Positions 39,645-53,641 of a DNA stretch of 64,000 nt are shown in pieces. How positions within the stretch are numbered: the first letter of the stretch is position 1; each line of letters starts with the position of its first letter. The DNA is taken from the NCBI GenBank assembly GCA_951406725.2, contig OX597817.1:16740001-16804000 (forward strand), read 5' to 3'. The translations under genes and the position numbers were made by a program. This DNA is from Octopus vulgaris (Eukaryota). The notes beneath the pieces are model-generated. The model was not told the origin of the DNA. It saw only the letters and a list, made by a program, of their open reading frames with translations, and searched no databases.

Positions 39645-39955
39645 TTTTCTCTAGTTTCAGCTCAGAACTGTAGCCATGCTGATGCACCGCCGTTTTGCTA
39701 CACTGTTATTACTAAGAGCCTCCTCTAATATGTGGCACTTGGTGAAGCATGGAGTTTGATATAGCTACCCTCATTTGCACCTCTTGCTGTGAGGTAGGTT
39801 CATCTGGGACTCTCGACAGGAAGAGATCCAGCTTTGATTTAAAAAACCCTACATCTACTTTGTGCAAGTTCCTCAGACCCTTTGGGAGAATATTAAAAAG
39901 CTGTGGGCCCCTGAAACCCAGGCTGTTGCAGTAACTGGTCCTGAAGCGTGATTGT
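39645..39955 (-). mobile_element. CR1-group LINE 3' end
   Basis: NSLGFRGPQLFNILPKGLRNL...FFKSKLDLFLSRVPDEP...NSMLHQV, then a short 3' UTR resembling the SINE A tail. Confidence 0.8.
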
Positions 39956-40046
39956 ATTATCAACGATTTCACATGAAGAAATAGGTGACCGGTAAAAATT
40001 CGGAATCGTGATGAGTGTCAACAGCACGTGTCTGTACAGAGCAGAT

Positions 40047-40262
40047 CTGTCTATCTCTCTGTCTGCTTGTCACTGTGTGTGTGTGAGTGTCTGTGTGTCT
40101 GTCTGTCTGTGTGTCTGTCTGTCTGTCTGTGTGTCTGTCTGTCTGTGTGTCTGTCTGTCTGTGTGTCTGTCTGTCTGTGTGTCTGCCTGTCTGTGTGTCT
40201 GTCTGTGTGTGTGTCTGTCTGTCTGTCCCTCTTTGTCCCTCTCTATCTCTCTCTACCCCTCT
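40047..40262. repeat. (GTCT)n/(GT)n compound microsatellite
   Basis: Directly visible. Confidence 0.93.
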
Positions 40263-40659
40263 CTGTTAAGAAGCTCCTCTTAAGATTATCGGATCGTAAG
40301 AACTTCTAACTGACACTGGCAAAGTAAATGGCGTTTTAAGCTTGATAAAACAGAAAACGTCAGTGAAACAAACCAGCTAATCATAGCTGCTGCTAATGTC
40401 ATAGCTAACATAGTAGGCTACAAGCGAAAAAACTGAAGATATAAAAGCAAATGAAAAGAAAGAACCAAACTGGAGGAAGAGAATACGAATGAAGTTGGAA
40501 AAGACACAGAAACGACTGAGGCAATTGAATAGGATAATGAGAGGAGAGCTCAAAAATAAGGCAGTAATCAGAATATTGAATGGACAGTACAGGTTAAAAG
40601 AAAGGTGAAATTAAACAGTACAAGAAGAATTGACACAAAAGGCGACAGCGTTAAAGGGT

Positions 40660-42015
40660 CACCACACAATCTTTGCTGCTAAAGCCACTAGGCAGATAAG
40701 CACTTCCTGTCTTTCACAGGCAAAGAAAGGCCGCAGAAAACCAGACACTCCAGTTCAGTTAGATGTAAACTGGGGAGGTCAGGTGGTAGTATATGACGTA
40801 GGTAATGTAAGCTTTCGCAACCTCCGCCCGACATGTCAGGGATAGCTTTCTCACTGCTAATTTGTAAGTGAGACTGGCCACCCTGCTCGCCATTTCGTCC
40901 TTGTCCTTTTCCACTCGAAAAACTGGACCAAACCAGGCCAGGAGCAATTTAACCAATTCATCTGTCCAAAGTATTATAACGCTGTTGGAAGGCAAAGATC
41001 TGTCTCTCCAGGTGCCGAACAGAAAGCCTACTGACTTTTAGTGTTTAACTTTCGCACCTCATAGTTCCCTAGAGCAATGTCGATCACCTCCATGTGCTTA
41101 GTGTCCGACAATATCACAGGGATGTCGTCCGTGTATTCCGGCATGATACTTCCGCATACCATGTTCGCGCGAAATGATCTTCAACGTCTCAAGTTTCCAC
41201 AGGAGTAACTCGAGGCTCAGTGCATACAAAAGGAAAGAGACGGGACAGCCTTGGCGGATCGAACTCACGATACTGAATGGTTTCGATTGGTGGCCATTCA
41301 TTCTATGGCTGTACAATGTGGCATCCATCTGTAGAAGAAGGGATTGAAATTGGTTGTCGTGAAAACAACAGCCAAGTATTGGTGATCGACCTTATCGAAT
41401 TCTTCCGAATGATCTAAATCTATCAGGGCTCCTAATACCAGATTACTTACTCAACTCTCTATGATGTATCGCATGAAGTGGAGGTTGTCATGAATTGAAT
41501 CTTTCTGGGATGGTGCATAGGTGCGCACCCCCAATCAGACCATCGATGAAAAGCGCCAACTTCAGAGCTGCTACCTTAGACAAAATTTTAGACAAAACTG
41601 CGACTAGCGAAGTTATGGCCTAAAGTTGTCGATGTGATGCCCCTTGTTTGGGTCTTTTCTCAAAGGTGTCACCGTTCCTCGACTCAAAGAACGGAGGATC
41701 CTCCCATTTTGTTGCCTGTTGCAGTAAACGTTTGCTAAGAGGTTTCCAAATAAGACTGGCATGTACAAGAAAAGCTCGTAAACGCAAATCATCAAACAAG
41801 CCGGATTTCCCGCCGTGCAACCACCATCGCTTCCCGTATTTACGCGGCGAGTATCGGCTTTCCGCAACACTCCCGTTGCTCTTGCTGAGAGTCATAACAG
41901 GTCGTCGAGGTAGGCACTGAATTCAACGCGATCCGGCCTGATACCCGTCCCGAATAGTTGAGTGAAGTGCTGCTGAAAAGCTACACACATCTCGGGTTCG
42001 AGTAACATGTCAAAC
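40660..42015 (-). mobile_element. Decayed L1/Tx1-clade LINE reverse transcriptase fragment
   Basis: GTVTPLRKDPNKG...DNFRP, ALIDLDHSEEFDKVDHQYL, SIRQGCPVSFLLYALSLELLL; many stops and frameshifts. Confidence 0.85.
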
Positions 42016-42308
42016 TGACCTGTCGAAGAAGCTCTTCCAATTTTAATTTTTATGTTCTTGAGTATTTGCCGAAAAATTCGACGCCATGTTTTGTTACTTT
42101 CTAAAAATGGGTAAATTTAAATGTTTTTCTTTTCTTTAGCAAAAGTACAAATTCAACTCTGAAAGGCAAAAAGTTAACAAAACCAACTAGCCTCAGAGGC
42201 TGTCAGTTGGCTTATTAACAAGATAGTACAACAAATCTACAAATAGCTTTCTTTAAAACAGCAAAATTCAACAATATGTCTCGGTTTTCGAATAGATATC
42301 TTCCCTTG

Positions 42309-42309
42309 C

Positions 42310-42370
<61 letters not shown>

Positions 42371-42372
42371 GT

Positions 42373-42408
<36 letters not shown>

Positions 42409-42454
42409 GCAGCAGCAGCAGCAGCAGCAACAACAACAACAACAACAATAATAA
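42309..42454. repeat. (CAA)n/(CAG)n microsatellite
   Basis: Directly visible. Confidence 0.97.
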
Positions 42455-42626
42455 TTTTCGATAGTTTGCAACAAACTGCTGGAATTATTAATATTCAATA
42501 TCTAAGAATAAAAAATGTAATAAATGCTATTAAATAATAAAAAAAGATATAACTGGAAAATATTTTTTCTGATGTATTTTTGGTAAGAACAATGAATAGA
42601 ATTATATCTATCTTGAATAAAGATCG

Positions 42627-42721
<95 letters not shown>

Positions 42722-42788
42722 CATCCATCCATCCATCCATCCATCATCTATCGATCTATCCATCCATCCATCCATCCATCCATCTATC

Positions 42789-42857
<69 letters not shown>

Positions 42858-42917
42858 CATCCATCCATCCATCCATCCATCAATCCATCCATCCATCTAT
42901 CTATCTATATATCTATC
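42627..42917. repeat. (ATCT)n/(ATCC)n microsatellite; resumes at 43391-43520
   Basis: Directly visible. Confidence 0.95.
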
Positions 42918-43079
42918 TCCAGAAATTGAAAACAGAGGGTTACCCACTTGCAAACAAATGTGGTAACATATAACAATATTGACCAAGGTTACCGCGGTCT
43001 TTTTCGTAGGCTTTTCTTCCCACGGATAAACCTTACTTGCTTTCCCCTTTACACCATATATCATAACACTGTGATACAC

Positions 43080-43389
43080 GATCCCTATTGATCGTTCTTT
43101 TTTTCCTCTTCCCCTTTTTTTTCCCCCTTTTTTCTTCTTTTTTCATTTCTCTTTCCTTTTGTTCCTTTTCCTTTTCTTTTTTTTTCGTTTTATTCTTTTT
43201 ATTCCTTTTATTTTTTAAATTTTTTTTGTTTTTGTTCTTTTCTTCCCTTTTACGATCCCTCTTGATCGAAAACCTACGCCACCCCTTTTTTTTTCTTTTG
43301 TTTTTTGTTCTCTTCATCCCCCAAAAGAAAAGCTCTACCTTGTAACTTGTCCCATCTGTGTGCAGCCCTCTGTGGCCAATAAAGAAACT
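43080..43389 (+). mobile_element. Probable retroelement 3' UTR (T-rich, ends aataaagaaa)
   Basis: Pyrimidine-rich block; last ~45 bp resemble the SINE B tail; followed by (ATCT)n. Confidence 0.45.
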
Positions 43390-43438
43390 TATCTATCTAT
43401 CTATCCATCCATCCATCCATCCATCCATCCATCCATCC

Positions 43439-43520
<82 letters not shown>

Positions 43521-44035
43521 ACACACACACATACATACACACAAATACGCGCACGCATAAAAAATATTGTAATTCTAATCGTCTATGAAAGACGTTTTGT
43601 TTACTTCTTATATTTTATGACTATCTAACGAAAATAAAACTATGTTGTCTTTGCAAGTTTTGAATATTTGAAGCAATATTTGAATAACTTGCATTTATTT
43701 TTAATACATTATGTTTTTTTCCTTTGAGAACTATAAACGGGTTAAAAATCCATTCGGAATTTCAACTAAGTTGATTTTATTGTAAAAGAGTACATGAAAC
43801 TAAATAGGATTGAATTAACATAATAAAGAAAACTTTGCGAATAGGACAAGGCAGAGAAGCCAAGTCAATACGCGGGCTGATGTGGGAATTATACATCTAT
43901 AAAAGTAAAACATTGGGTTTCTTTTGAGCAGACATTAAAATACCAACAATCACCAGCAAGTGTTAAGTTGTCCCTTTCCATCAATATTTGATGATAATCG
44001 TTAAGAGCAGGGATATGGCTCCCCAGTCCATATCC

Positions 44036-44675
44036 GTATGTGAAACAAAATCTTGGGCTTGGTTAGAAAAGGAGCAATTAAAAAAAGAAGCAGAGCCTAA
44101 TTGTAGCATCCCAAGACCAAGCGATGAAAACAAACAACTTGAGAAGAAATATATATGGTAAGAATGTGTCAAAAAATGTAGACCCTGTGGAACTTGGAAC
44201 GAGACAGTGGTACACATTGTGGCAGAATGCCCGAAGTAGTAGAAGAATGTGTACAGATGGAAAGAAGAAGTTTAGTAGAGTATTTACAAAGCAGCACAGA
44301 AAATCTACTAAAAACAGTGAATAACGAACAGGTGATGAAGCGCGTAATAGGAGAACAGAAATACAAAGAGAGTCCGTCAGACAAATCGAGGAGAAACTCC
44401 TGCATGGCCAATTTTGGAGAGCCACTAAAAACGTATGTGAAACAAAATCTTGGGCTTGGTTAGAAAAGGGGCAATTAAAAAAAGAAGCAGAGCCTAATTG
44501 TAGCATTCCAAGACCAAGCGATGAAAACAAACAACTCGGAGAAAAAATATATATGGTAAGAATGTGTCAAAAAATGTAGACCCTGTGGAACTTGGAACGA
44601 GACAGTGGTACACATTGTGGCAGAATGCCCGAAGTTGGCACAGAAAGAATATAAGAAATGAAAGGCACGACCAGA
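44036..44675 (+). mobile_element. Decayed R4/Dong-like LINE fragment with ~200-bp internal duplication
   Basis: SWAWLEK.QLKKEAE...QDQAMKTNNL...CRPCGTWNETVVHIVAECPK occurs at about 44036-44238 and 44433-44636; LHGQF and RHD motifs present. Confidence 0.8.
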
Positions 44676-44896
44676 ACTTTGCCAGAAATGGGTATCCTAT
44701 CAGAGCGTGGATGGTTATCTGCAAGTGCAAGCCCCGTGAGTCAGAATGGCTGTTCCAGCGCATCTCCCTCGCCATCCCCCGGAGCATCGTTTTTTTTCCA
44801 TTTCATCTGCTGGGATCATGAGGCGGCCTGAATTACAGGAAGTTGCACGTTCCGCTCCTTAATGTAGGTCCTCCTAATAATATTTAATCTAACTGT

Positions 44897-45115
44897 AGGG
44901 CATCGAGCTGGCAGAATCTTTAGCACGCCGGACAAAATGCTTACTGACATTGCGTCCGTCTTTACGGTCTGAGTTCAAATACCGCCGAGATCTACTTTGC
45001 CTTTCATCCTTCGAGGGTCGATAAAAAATCTGTACCAGTTGAGTACTGGGGTCGATGCAATCGACTTACTCCATCCCCCGAAATTGTCGGCCTTGTGCAA
45101 AAATTTGAAACCAAT
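44897..45115 (+). mobile_element. SINE family B, older subfamily
   Basis: Head, core and ccttgtgcaaaaatttgaaacc tail. Confidence 0.82.
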
Positions 45116-45279
45116 AATTAATTTAACTCCACAGAATTATCTACCACTAAGAGAACTTCCATGTGATTGATCAGAGTGCTAGTGAGAGTTGCCTATTATC
45201 ACTCAGGTTACAACCAGCCGTCATTAAAAAGGACTTACACATTGGACAGTGTGGCCCTAGATATACTATATAAAAAAAC

Positions 45280-45280
<1 letters not shown>

Positions 45281-45310
<30 letters not shown>

Positions 45311-45510
45311 CTTCTTCTGCCCTGCTGCCCCTCCTCCTCCTCCTCCTCCTCCTTCTGCTCCTGCTTCTTCTTCTTCTTCTTCTTCTTCTTCTGCTGCTGC
45401 TGCTCCTCCTCCCCCTCCTCCTCCTCCTTCTTCTTCTTCTTCTGCTCCTGCTCCTTCTTCTTCTTCTTCTTCTTCTTCTTCTTCTTCTTCTTCTTCTTCT
45501 TCTTCTTCTT

Positions 45511-45540
<30 letters not shown>
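45281..45540. repeat. (CTT)n/(CCT)n/(CTG)n compound microsatellite
   Basis: Directly visible. Confidence 0.95.
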
Positions 45541-45541
<1 letters not shown>

Positions 45542-46213
45542 AAAAAGAAAAAAAAAAGCAAGGCATTCATGTAGAGCACGAAGAAAAATTTTGTTACTGA
45601 TGTCTTGGTGAGAAATGGAGTGGCTGGCATTGAAACAGAAAGAACGGAGACAAAATTTCAGGTCTGGGAAGAGAAGCTGGAATGAAAAGAAAAAAAATGC
45701 ATAGATATCAAAGACGGAATGCAATATATTTCAATACTGCCGAGAAGAAAGTGTATGTGATGGTTGCATAACGAGCCAGGATCAAAGAGGCCATAGGTGC
45801 TAACACAGAAATGATAAATATTCGACTGGTTTAACGTTGTGTTTCTTGGACTTGATTTATAGTTTACTGCTTTAGGTTTACTGTTGTCAGCGTAAAGGGA
45901 AAAAGAAAAGTTATTAGTTAGGGATTGGCAATGTCTGTTGGACTTATCCGCTGTAGTGATTTTTTACCCTGTGATTTGATCTAACTTATCCCAAAAGACA
46001 AGAAATAAAAATTTTATTGTTTTTCTCTGTTTTACACGTTCGTGTACAGGGGACGCTTCTTGATTTTATAGCACTGTTAAGATCGTTGGCAAGTAGCTTT
46101 ATATTTGGTTATTCAAAGTACCAGTATCACAGTTGGCAAAAAGATACGCATACATTTATTTCTCATATAGTTGTAGAAAAAAATTAGAAGAAAAAAATAT
46201 TCATCATAGTATA

Positions 46214-46815
46214 GGAAATACCTATTTCTTTATTACCCACAAGGGGCTAAACATAGATGGGACAAGCAAGGACAGACATAGGTATTAAGTCGATTACATC
46301 GACCCCAGTGAGTAACTGGTACTTAATTTATCGACCCCGAAAGGATGACAGGCAAAGTCGACCTCGGCGGAATTTGAACTCAGAACGTAACGACAGACGA
46401 AATACATATTTCTTTACTACCCACAAGGGGCTAAACACAGAGGGGACAAACAAGGGCAGACAAACAGATTAAGTCGATTACATCAACCCCAGTGCATAAC
46501 TGGTACTTAATTTATCGACCCCGAAAGGATGACAGGCAAAGTCGACCTCGGCGGAATTTGAACTCAGAACGTAACGACAGACGAAATACATATTTCTTTA
46601 CTACCCACAAGGGGCTAAACACAGAGGGGACAAACAAGGGCAGACAAACGGATTAAGTCAATTACACCAACCCCAGTGCGTAACTGGTACTTAATTTATC
46701 GACCCCGAAAGGATGAAAGGTAAAGTCGACCTCGGCGGAATTTGAACTCAGAACGTAACGACAGACGAAATACCGCTAAGCATTTCGCCCGGCGCGCTAA
46801 CGTTTCTGCCAAGCT
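46214..46815 (-). mobile_element. SINE family B with three tandem 184-bp bodies
   Basis: Junction motif at 46217, 46401, 46585, 46769; a single head at 46770-46815. Confidence 0.92.
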
Positions 46816-46916
46816 CACCTTGTGGCAACGCTAATGATTAAATTGATGTGTGGCTGAATACATATTTGTGTGTATGAATGCATACATATGTGTGCATGTA
46901 GATATATATGCAAATG

Positions 46917-47011
<95 letters not shown>

Positions 47012-47222
47012 GCATGTGTCACGTTGTTTATTTGCTTTTTTTTTGTTTACAATAGAGTTAAAAAGTAGGTTCTGACAAAGTGACAAAGTTCTCTTGTTTG
47101 AGTTTGGATAATACAAGTCAGTGAACGTTCATGTTTATATATTTCATTTCCTGGTTGAATTTTCAGTGTTTGTTTTAACCGGCCACCTTCCTGGTGGCAA
47201 GGTTGCATAGAAAAACAACCCC

Positions 47223-47267
<45 letters not shown>

Positions 47268-47389
47268 AGTGTGTCTGTGTTTATATTTATATATAATGTG
47301 TATGCTTTTATATATATATGTGTTCATGTGTGCGTGCATATGTGTATACCTGTAAATGTACACACACACACCCACTCACACACACACAA

Positions 47390-47441
<52 letters not shown>

Positions 47442-47444
47442 TTA

Positions 47445-47664
47445 TGAAGGGGTGCTGAAAAGTTCCTGGCTTTTGGTTAAAAGAAAATACAGGAGGATCA
47501 GCTAATTATGATTTTACACAACATAATCCCCTTCCAAATTCACGCACTTATTGCAGTGGTCCTTCAGTTTTTCTAAGCCCTGTAAAAGAACTTGGATGGT
47601 TTGGGTCTCCAGCCAGGCCTTTCGCGACACCTTTAAAGCCAGGAACCTTTTTAGCATCCCTTCG
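47445..47664. mobile_element. Mariner-derived MITE
   Basis: TIRs gaaggggtgctgaaaagttcctggcttt / aaagccaggaacctttttagcatcccttc, TA flanks; minus strand keeps transposase C-terminus GLEKLKDHCNKCVNLEGDYV. Confidence 0.85.
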
Positions 47665-47820
47665 TATCCGTCTAGAGCTGACTGTCTGAAAAAAATACTC
47701 AATATCATAGTAAAGATTTATAATATATCTAATTTTGGTGAAGTCAGTCTCTTGCTACTCTGAGTTTCGAATGTGTATGAACACGCATACATACACGTAT
47801 ATGTGTATGTTCAGACACAC

Positions 47821-47910
<90 letters not shown>

Positions 47911-48085
47911 TCCATCATTCAGAATCACCAGGACGCCAAATTCGAAAGAAATCGACTAGTCTTGTAAGTGCTATCACCTGAATAAACAAATACCTATACT
48001 CTATCGTGTGTAATTCACTACTTGACTTTATATTGAGGTTCCTCCAGAGTTTTAAACACCATGTACTCACAAACACACATACATA

Positions 48086-48176
<91 letters not shown>

Positions 48177-48205
48177 ATACATATACCATACAGATATGTA
48201 GTACA

Positions 48206-48600
48206 TCTTTATATATAAAAGTAAGGTTGTGTGTCTGTCTCCTACGATTTAGATTCCTAACTACTCCCACATTTTGCGGTGCAGTTTAACCAAAACCGGG
48301 TATCTTATAGTCGTGATTCATATCGAGCCCTTCTGGGTATTAGCACGCGTCTACGATGAGTCTACGATTTAAAAAAAATATTACCATCATTTTTTTCCAT
48401 TTTAATGCATCTTTTTCGCTATCATATAAGGGAAGTAACTCTCTAAAAATGTCTACGATGAGTCAACGATTTAAAAAAAATTACCATCATTTTTTTCCAT
48501 TTTTAATGCATTTTTTGCTACTTTTTGGCTATAACTCTCTAAAAATGCTTATATAATTATTTCCCTTACAAACCCGAGCAACGCCGGGTGATACTGCAAG
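48206..48600 (+). mobile_element. Non-autonomous Helitron
   Basis: A|TC start, hairpin cccgagcaacgccggg, end CAAG|T (CTAG variant); homologous to 37182-37577. Confidence 0.82.
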
Positions 48601-48939
48601 TGTATAGATATATGTACACATACGACGTAGTCGGTGGGAGTGACATGTTCTAATGATCTATCACTCCCACAGTTATATGCAAATGTAATTATTATCATTA
48701 TTCCCTAATACTTATTTTAAATTTATCTCTGGTGCAAATTAGACCACTAATAGCGGATCTTTTTTAATAATTGAATATATTCATGTTTTATTTTCGTAAA
48801 TATAAATACACATAAAACAATTTTTCCCTGATGTAAAAAGTTAAACTCGTTTTAATTACATCCCAAAGATATATACATATATATATATATATACATATAA
48901 AAATTTGACGCATTTTCAACATTTTCTATGTATTTTCTT

Positions 48940-49015
<76 letters not shown>

Positions 49016-49361
49016 CCTACCTACCTACCTACCTACCTACCTACCTACCTACCTACTGTTGGTCTTATCGCCGTTGGTCGACAGTATTACAAAGACAGTA
49101 ATTTAACCGCCTTTCCTGTCTCTAGGAAATCGGGGTCGATTAAATACGTACCAGTTACGCACTGGGGTCGATGTAATCGACTTAATCCCTTTGTCTGTCC
49201 TTGTTTGTTTCCTCTATATTTAGCCCCTTGTGGGCAATAAAGAGATTAATATATGTGTATTTGCTGTACTATTGTTATCATTGTTCTTGTTGTTTAGCTC
49301 CATATCGACCCTGATTGAACAGACTTGATATCAAAGCCGTTGTGGCTTCGACAACCCTGTC

Positions 49362-49420
<59 letters not shown>

Positions 49421-49739
49421 TTAGACAACATAGACGATAGACTGATTAAATTTAAATACAGTCCAACTACAGGTAGTAAGCTACGAAACTCTTACATTCT
49501 CTCGATTCCTTGTCATTCAGGCCATCTCATGGTGGTCTGAATGGCAAAATGCGTTTTCCTGGAAGATAGAAACTCAGACTCATGGAACTTGCGGATAGCT
49601 ATCTCCACCCAGATAGTGGCCAGCAGGGATATGGTCAGGGGGCCGAGAATGCCGTAGGTCTCCCCTGCTACAGGCTCGACCGTAGACCTGTCAGAGAGCG
49701 ACCAATACTTCGACAATTTGCTCTTCTCAGTTTGACGAG

Positions 49740-50128
49740 CAGTGCGTAATTGGTACTTATTTAATCGACCCCGAAAGTATGAAAGGCAAAGTCGACCACG
49801 ACGGAATTTGACCTCAGAACGTAACGGCAGACGAAATACCGATACGCATTTCGCCCGGCGTGCTAGCGATTGTGCCAGCTCGCCGCCTTTAATACCTATT
49901 TCTTTACTGCCCACAAGGGGCTAAACACAGAGGAGACAAACAAGGACAGACAAAGGGATTAAGTCGATTATATCGACCCCAGGGCGTAACTGGTACTTAT
50001 TTAATCGACCCCGAAAGGATGAAAGACAAAGTCGACCTCGACGGAATTTGAACTCAGAACGTAGCGGCAGACGAAATACTGCTCAGCATTTCGCCCGGCG
50101 TGCTAACGTTTCTGCCAGCTCGCCGCCT
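49740..50128 (-). mobile_element. Two adjacent SINE family B copies
   Basis: Heads end at about 49888 and 50128. Confidence 0.88.
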
Positions 50129-50258
50129 TGCAAATACACATTTATAACGTATTATATCTAAATAGAAAGAAGCATACTTACACAAATGAAACGCCAACGT
50201 TTCATCTGTTTGTTGGCGATTTTCGCTCAAGAATTATAAATATTCTTTCACGAGAAAT

Positions 50259-50729
50259 ACTTTTTAATCTCTTTTACTTGTTTCAGTCATTTGACTGCGG
50301 CCATGCTGGAGCACCGCCTTTAGTCGAGCAACTCGACCCCGGGACTTATTCTTTTGTAAGCCTAATACTTATTCTATCGGTCTCTTTTGCTGAACCGCTG
50401 GGTAACGGGGACATAGTCACACCAACATCGGTTGTCATGCAATACTAGGGGGACAAACACAGACACACAAACACACTCACACACACACGTAGATGTAGGT
50501 ACGTACATATATGTTTGTATGTATGCATATATTTTTATTTATCTCCTATATATATATACATATATACGACGGGCTTATTTCAGTTTCCGTCTACTAAATC
50601 CACTCACAAGGCTTTGGTCGGCCCAAGGCTATAGTAGAAGACAATTGCCCAAGATGCCACGCAGTGGGACTGAACCCGGAACCATGTGGTTGGTAAACAA
50701 GCTACTTATCACACAGCCACTCCTGCGCC
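50259..50729 (-). mobile_element. SINE family A with 22-bp TSD
   Basis: taaatattctttcacgagaaat at 50237-50258 and 50730-50751. Confidence 0.93.
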
Positions 50730-51377
50730 TAAATATTCTTTCACGAGAAATGTAAATATTTTTTTTTGGTCTGTATACTTCATATTTTACCAACCTTCAG
50801 CCGTTTCATATTTTTCAAACAAACACTTAAACGTCCCCACAAAAAAAGCTATTATGGCTGCACTTAAGAATCGCATAAATCATTTGAGGTACACACAAAA
50901 CAAAGAAACAAACAAACAAATACATAAACAAACAAACAAAGAGGGATGATAGTTGTAATTCAACCAAATTGAAGTAACACATCTATATAAAGAACACCGA
51001 AACATTACAATTACAGTTTTAACTCGTTTGTAATCACGAGACGAAATTGCAGTTGTGTGTGTGTCAAACACAAAGCAGTTTGCTTTTGTTCAGTTAGGAA
51101 TTCCCGAAGCTAATTAATATATCGTCGGTTTGACTGCAATCGCGAACAACCGTTTAGTAGTCGCATGCATCGAGTTCAGTAATTTATTTGCTACGTTTAT
51201 CAAGCAGAAACATTCCAAAAATGTTTCGCTACATGAGTTTTCAAAACTAATGGTAAAGAAAAAAAGAAAAAAAGAAAAAAAAAAGGCAAAAACAAAAACC
51301 AAAAGCAAACAAAAAATTAAATCCATTGAAATAAAGGAATAATGGAAATAGACTTCATATTGGCTTAAAGCCTGCAA

Positions 51378-51810
51378 TACTCTTTTACTCTCTTTTTACT
51401 CTTTTACTTGTTTCAGTCATTTTGACTGCGGCCATGCTGGAGCACCGCCTTTTGTCGAGCAAATCGACCCCGGGACTTATTCTTTTTGTAAGCCCAGTAC
51501 TTATTCTATCGGTCTCTTTTGCCGAACCGCTAAGTGACGGGGACGTAAACACACCAGCATCGGTTGTCAAGCAATGCTAGGGGGACAAACACAGACACAA
51601 ACAAACACACACACATACATATACATATATATACACATATATATATATACATATATACGACAGGCTTCTTTCAGTTTCCGTCTTCCAAATCCACTCACAA
51701 GGCATTGGTCGGCCCGGGGCTATAGCAGAAGACACCTGCCCAAGATGCCACGCAGTGGGACTGAACCCGGAACCATGTGGTTGGTTAGCAAGCTACTTAC
51801 CACACAGCCG
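51378..51810 (-). mobile_element. SINE family A
   Basis: Reverse complement of family consensus, lacking the first few bases. Confidence 0.92.
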
Positions 51811-52101
51811 TTACAAAAAAAAAAAAGAAAAGAAAAAAATGCTATTGGTGGTCAGGGAAGCAGCACAGGTTCAAAGAAATTCCAGAGTGTCTGTTCCCAA
51901 GGAAAAAGTACTTGGTGTTCTAATCTGAATTTCACTCATATAATTTCTTGTGAGGAGTTGGACATTTCTTATTTGCAAAACAAAATCCAGAAGAGATTTG
52001 CGGAAAAGTATAATTGTCAAACGTATATCACTCTCTCCTATTATATCTCTCATTTTCTTTCTCATTCTCTCTCTCTCTCTACCTCTCCTCCATTGCTCTC
52101 C

Positions 52102-52147
<46 letters not shown>

Positions 52148-52151
52148 ATAC

Positions 52152-52211
<60 letters not shown>

Positions 52212-52962
52212 CACACACACACACACAATTGCAGTTGTCACATAATTGTAACCATGGATGCTATTGTTCACGGATTGCGATAAAAAAAAAAAAATTAAAT
52301 AACATCCACAGGAACAACAGTCGGCGAAATTTTATCTTTTCTTCGAATTTAATCGTTATTATACTCCACCCTTTCCATTATAAATGAAGAACCGAAAAGG
52401 TATCAGATTCAAAAACAGAAACGTCAATTAAAATCTCATTTCTGCAGCTGAGATTTCACGTTGCTCGCTCTTAACTAGCATTTGATGCGTTATTGCCACA
52501 AGGTTTGTATTCGTAACCAAAAAGTTAGAACACGTCAGAAAGTGGTGTAATTCGATTATCAACCAATGGAGCAGTTAAAGACATGTTTTTAATTATTACG
52601 ATTCCATTGATTTCGTGCTCGCTTTATTACATCAAATCTTGTAAAACAGTGTCGTTTATTCTAAATAACTTCCTTCTTGTAAAGGTTCTTCGCTTTTTAC
52701 GCCTACTTGAGGGTTTTTATATATTACATTATTATATCCACATCTGTACTTGTTAAATTCGTTGGTATTTTTATGGAAGCACATGTAAGCAACAAGATTC
52801 TAATTTTTCTTTACACTCTTCTTAATCAGAACACTTCAGCTGCTGAGTTTCTAAAATTAGCCATCTGAAAAGAGATTGTATTTTCACGTCCGTGTTCTAT
52901 CTCATTTAATTTTCTCACTTTCTTAAAATTTCCTTCAGTTTAGTGTTTCATACATACATACA

Positions 52963-53054
<92 letters not shown>

Positions 53055-53641
53055 TTCATTTAGAACATTTTAAGAACCTTTTCTGTTGTCTTGTATTTTG
53101 CGTTTATTTGTTTTCTGTTCGGTGTCATTAATACAGAGTTGCTTAAACTAATCTTTGAATTAATTGAACAGGAAATAAAGGTGTTATTAGATTAAAACTA
53201 ACTATTTGGAGGAAATGCATGAAACAAAAAGATGTAAAAGAGTTAGTTTTAATTGAGGTTGAATTATTATCCTGCTACAAGTAAACGAGAAGATATACTG
53301 GGAGGACAAATATAAATAGTTTCAGTGAAGACAAATGTAAAAAGAGAATAATTTTCATTAGGAGTAAAATATCCGAGTAAAGAATATGGCAACTCTGAAA
53401 ACGTTTTATATTACTAAATGTTAGGAATCACTAATATCAATGCTTCAACCCAACAATTGGTTTATATTGGACGTTTCCTCCAAAGAAAGCTGGTTTCCGA
53501 GATCTAGAAATTACTTCAATTTCAAGCTTACTCCCACATTTTTCTTTGTATGACTTTGGAGTTTTTAGTAAAAGAATTAATTCTTAAACATATGTTTTAT
53601 GTAATTTAACTAAGAGTCTGGACTCTCAGTTTTGATCTCAT

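Noticed and set aside
46214-46815. CRISPR-like regularly spaced repeats
   Set aside because: Whole units are repeated with no unique spacers, there are no cas genes, and the context is eukaryotic.
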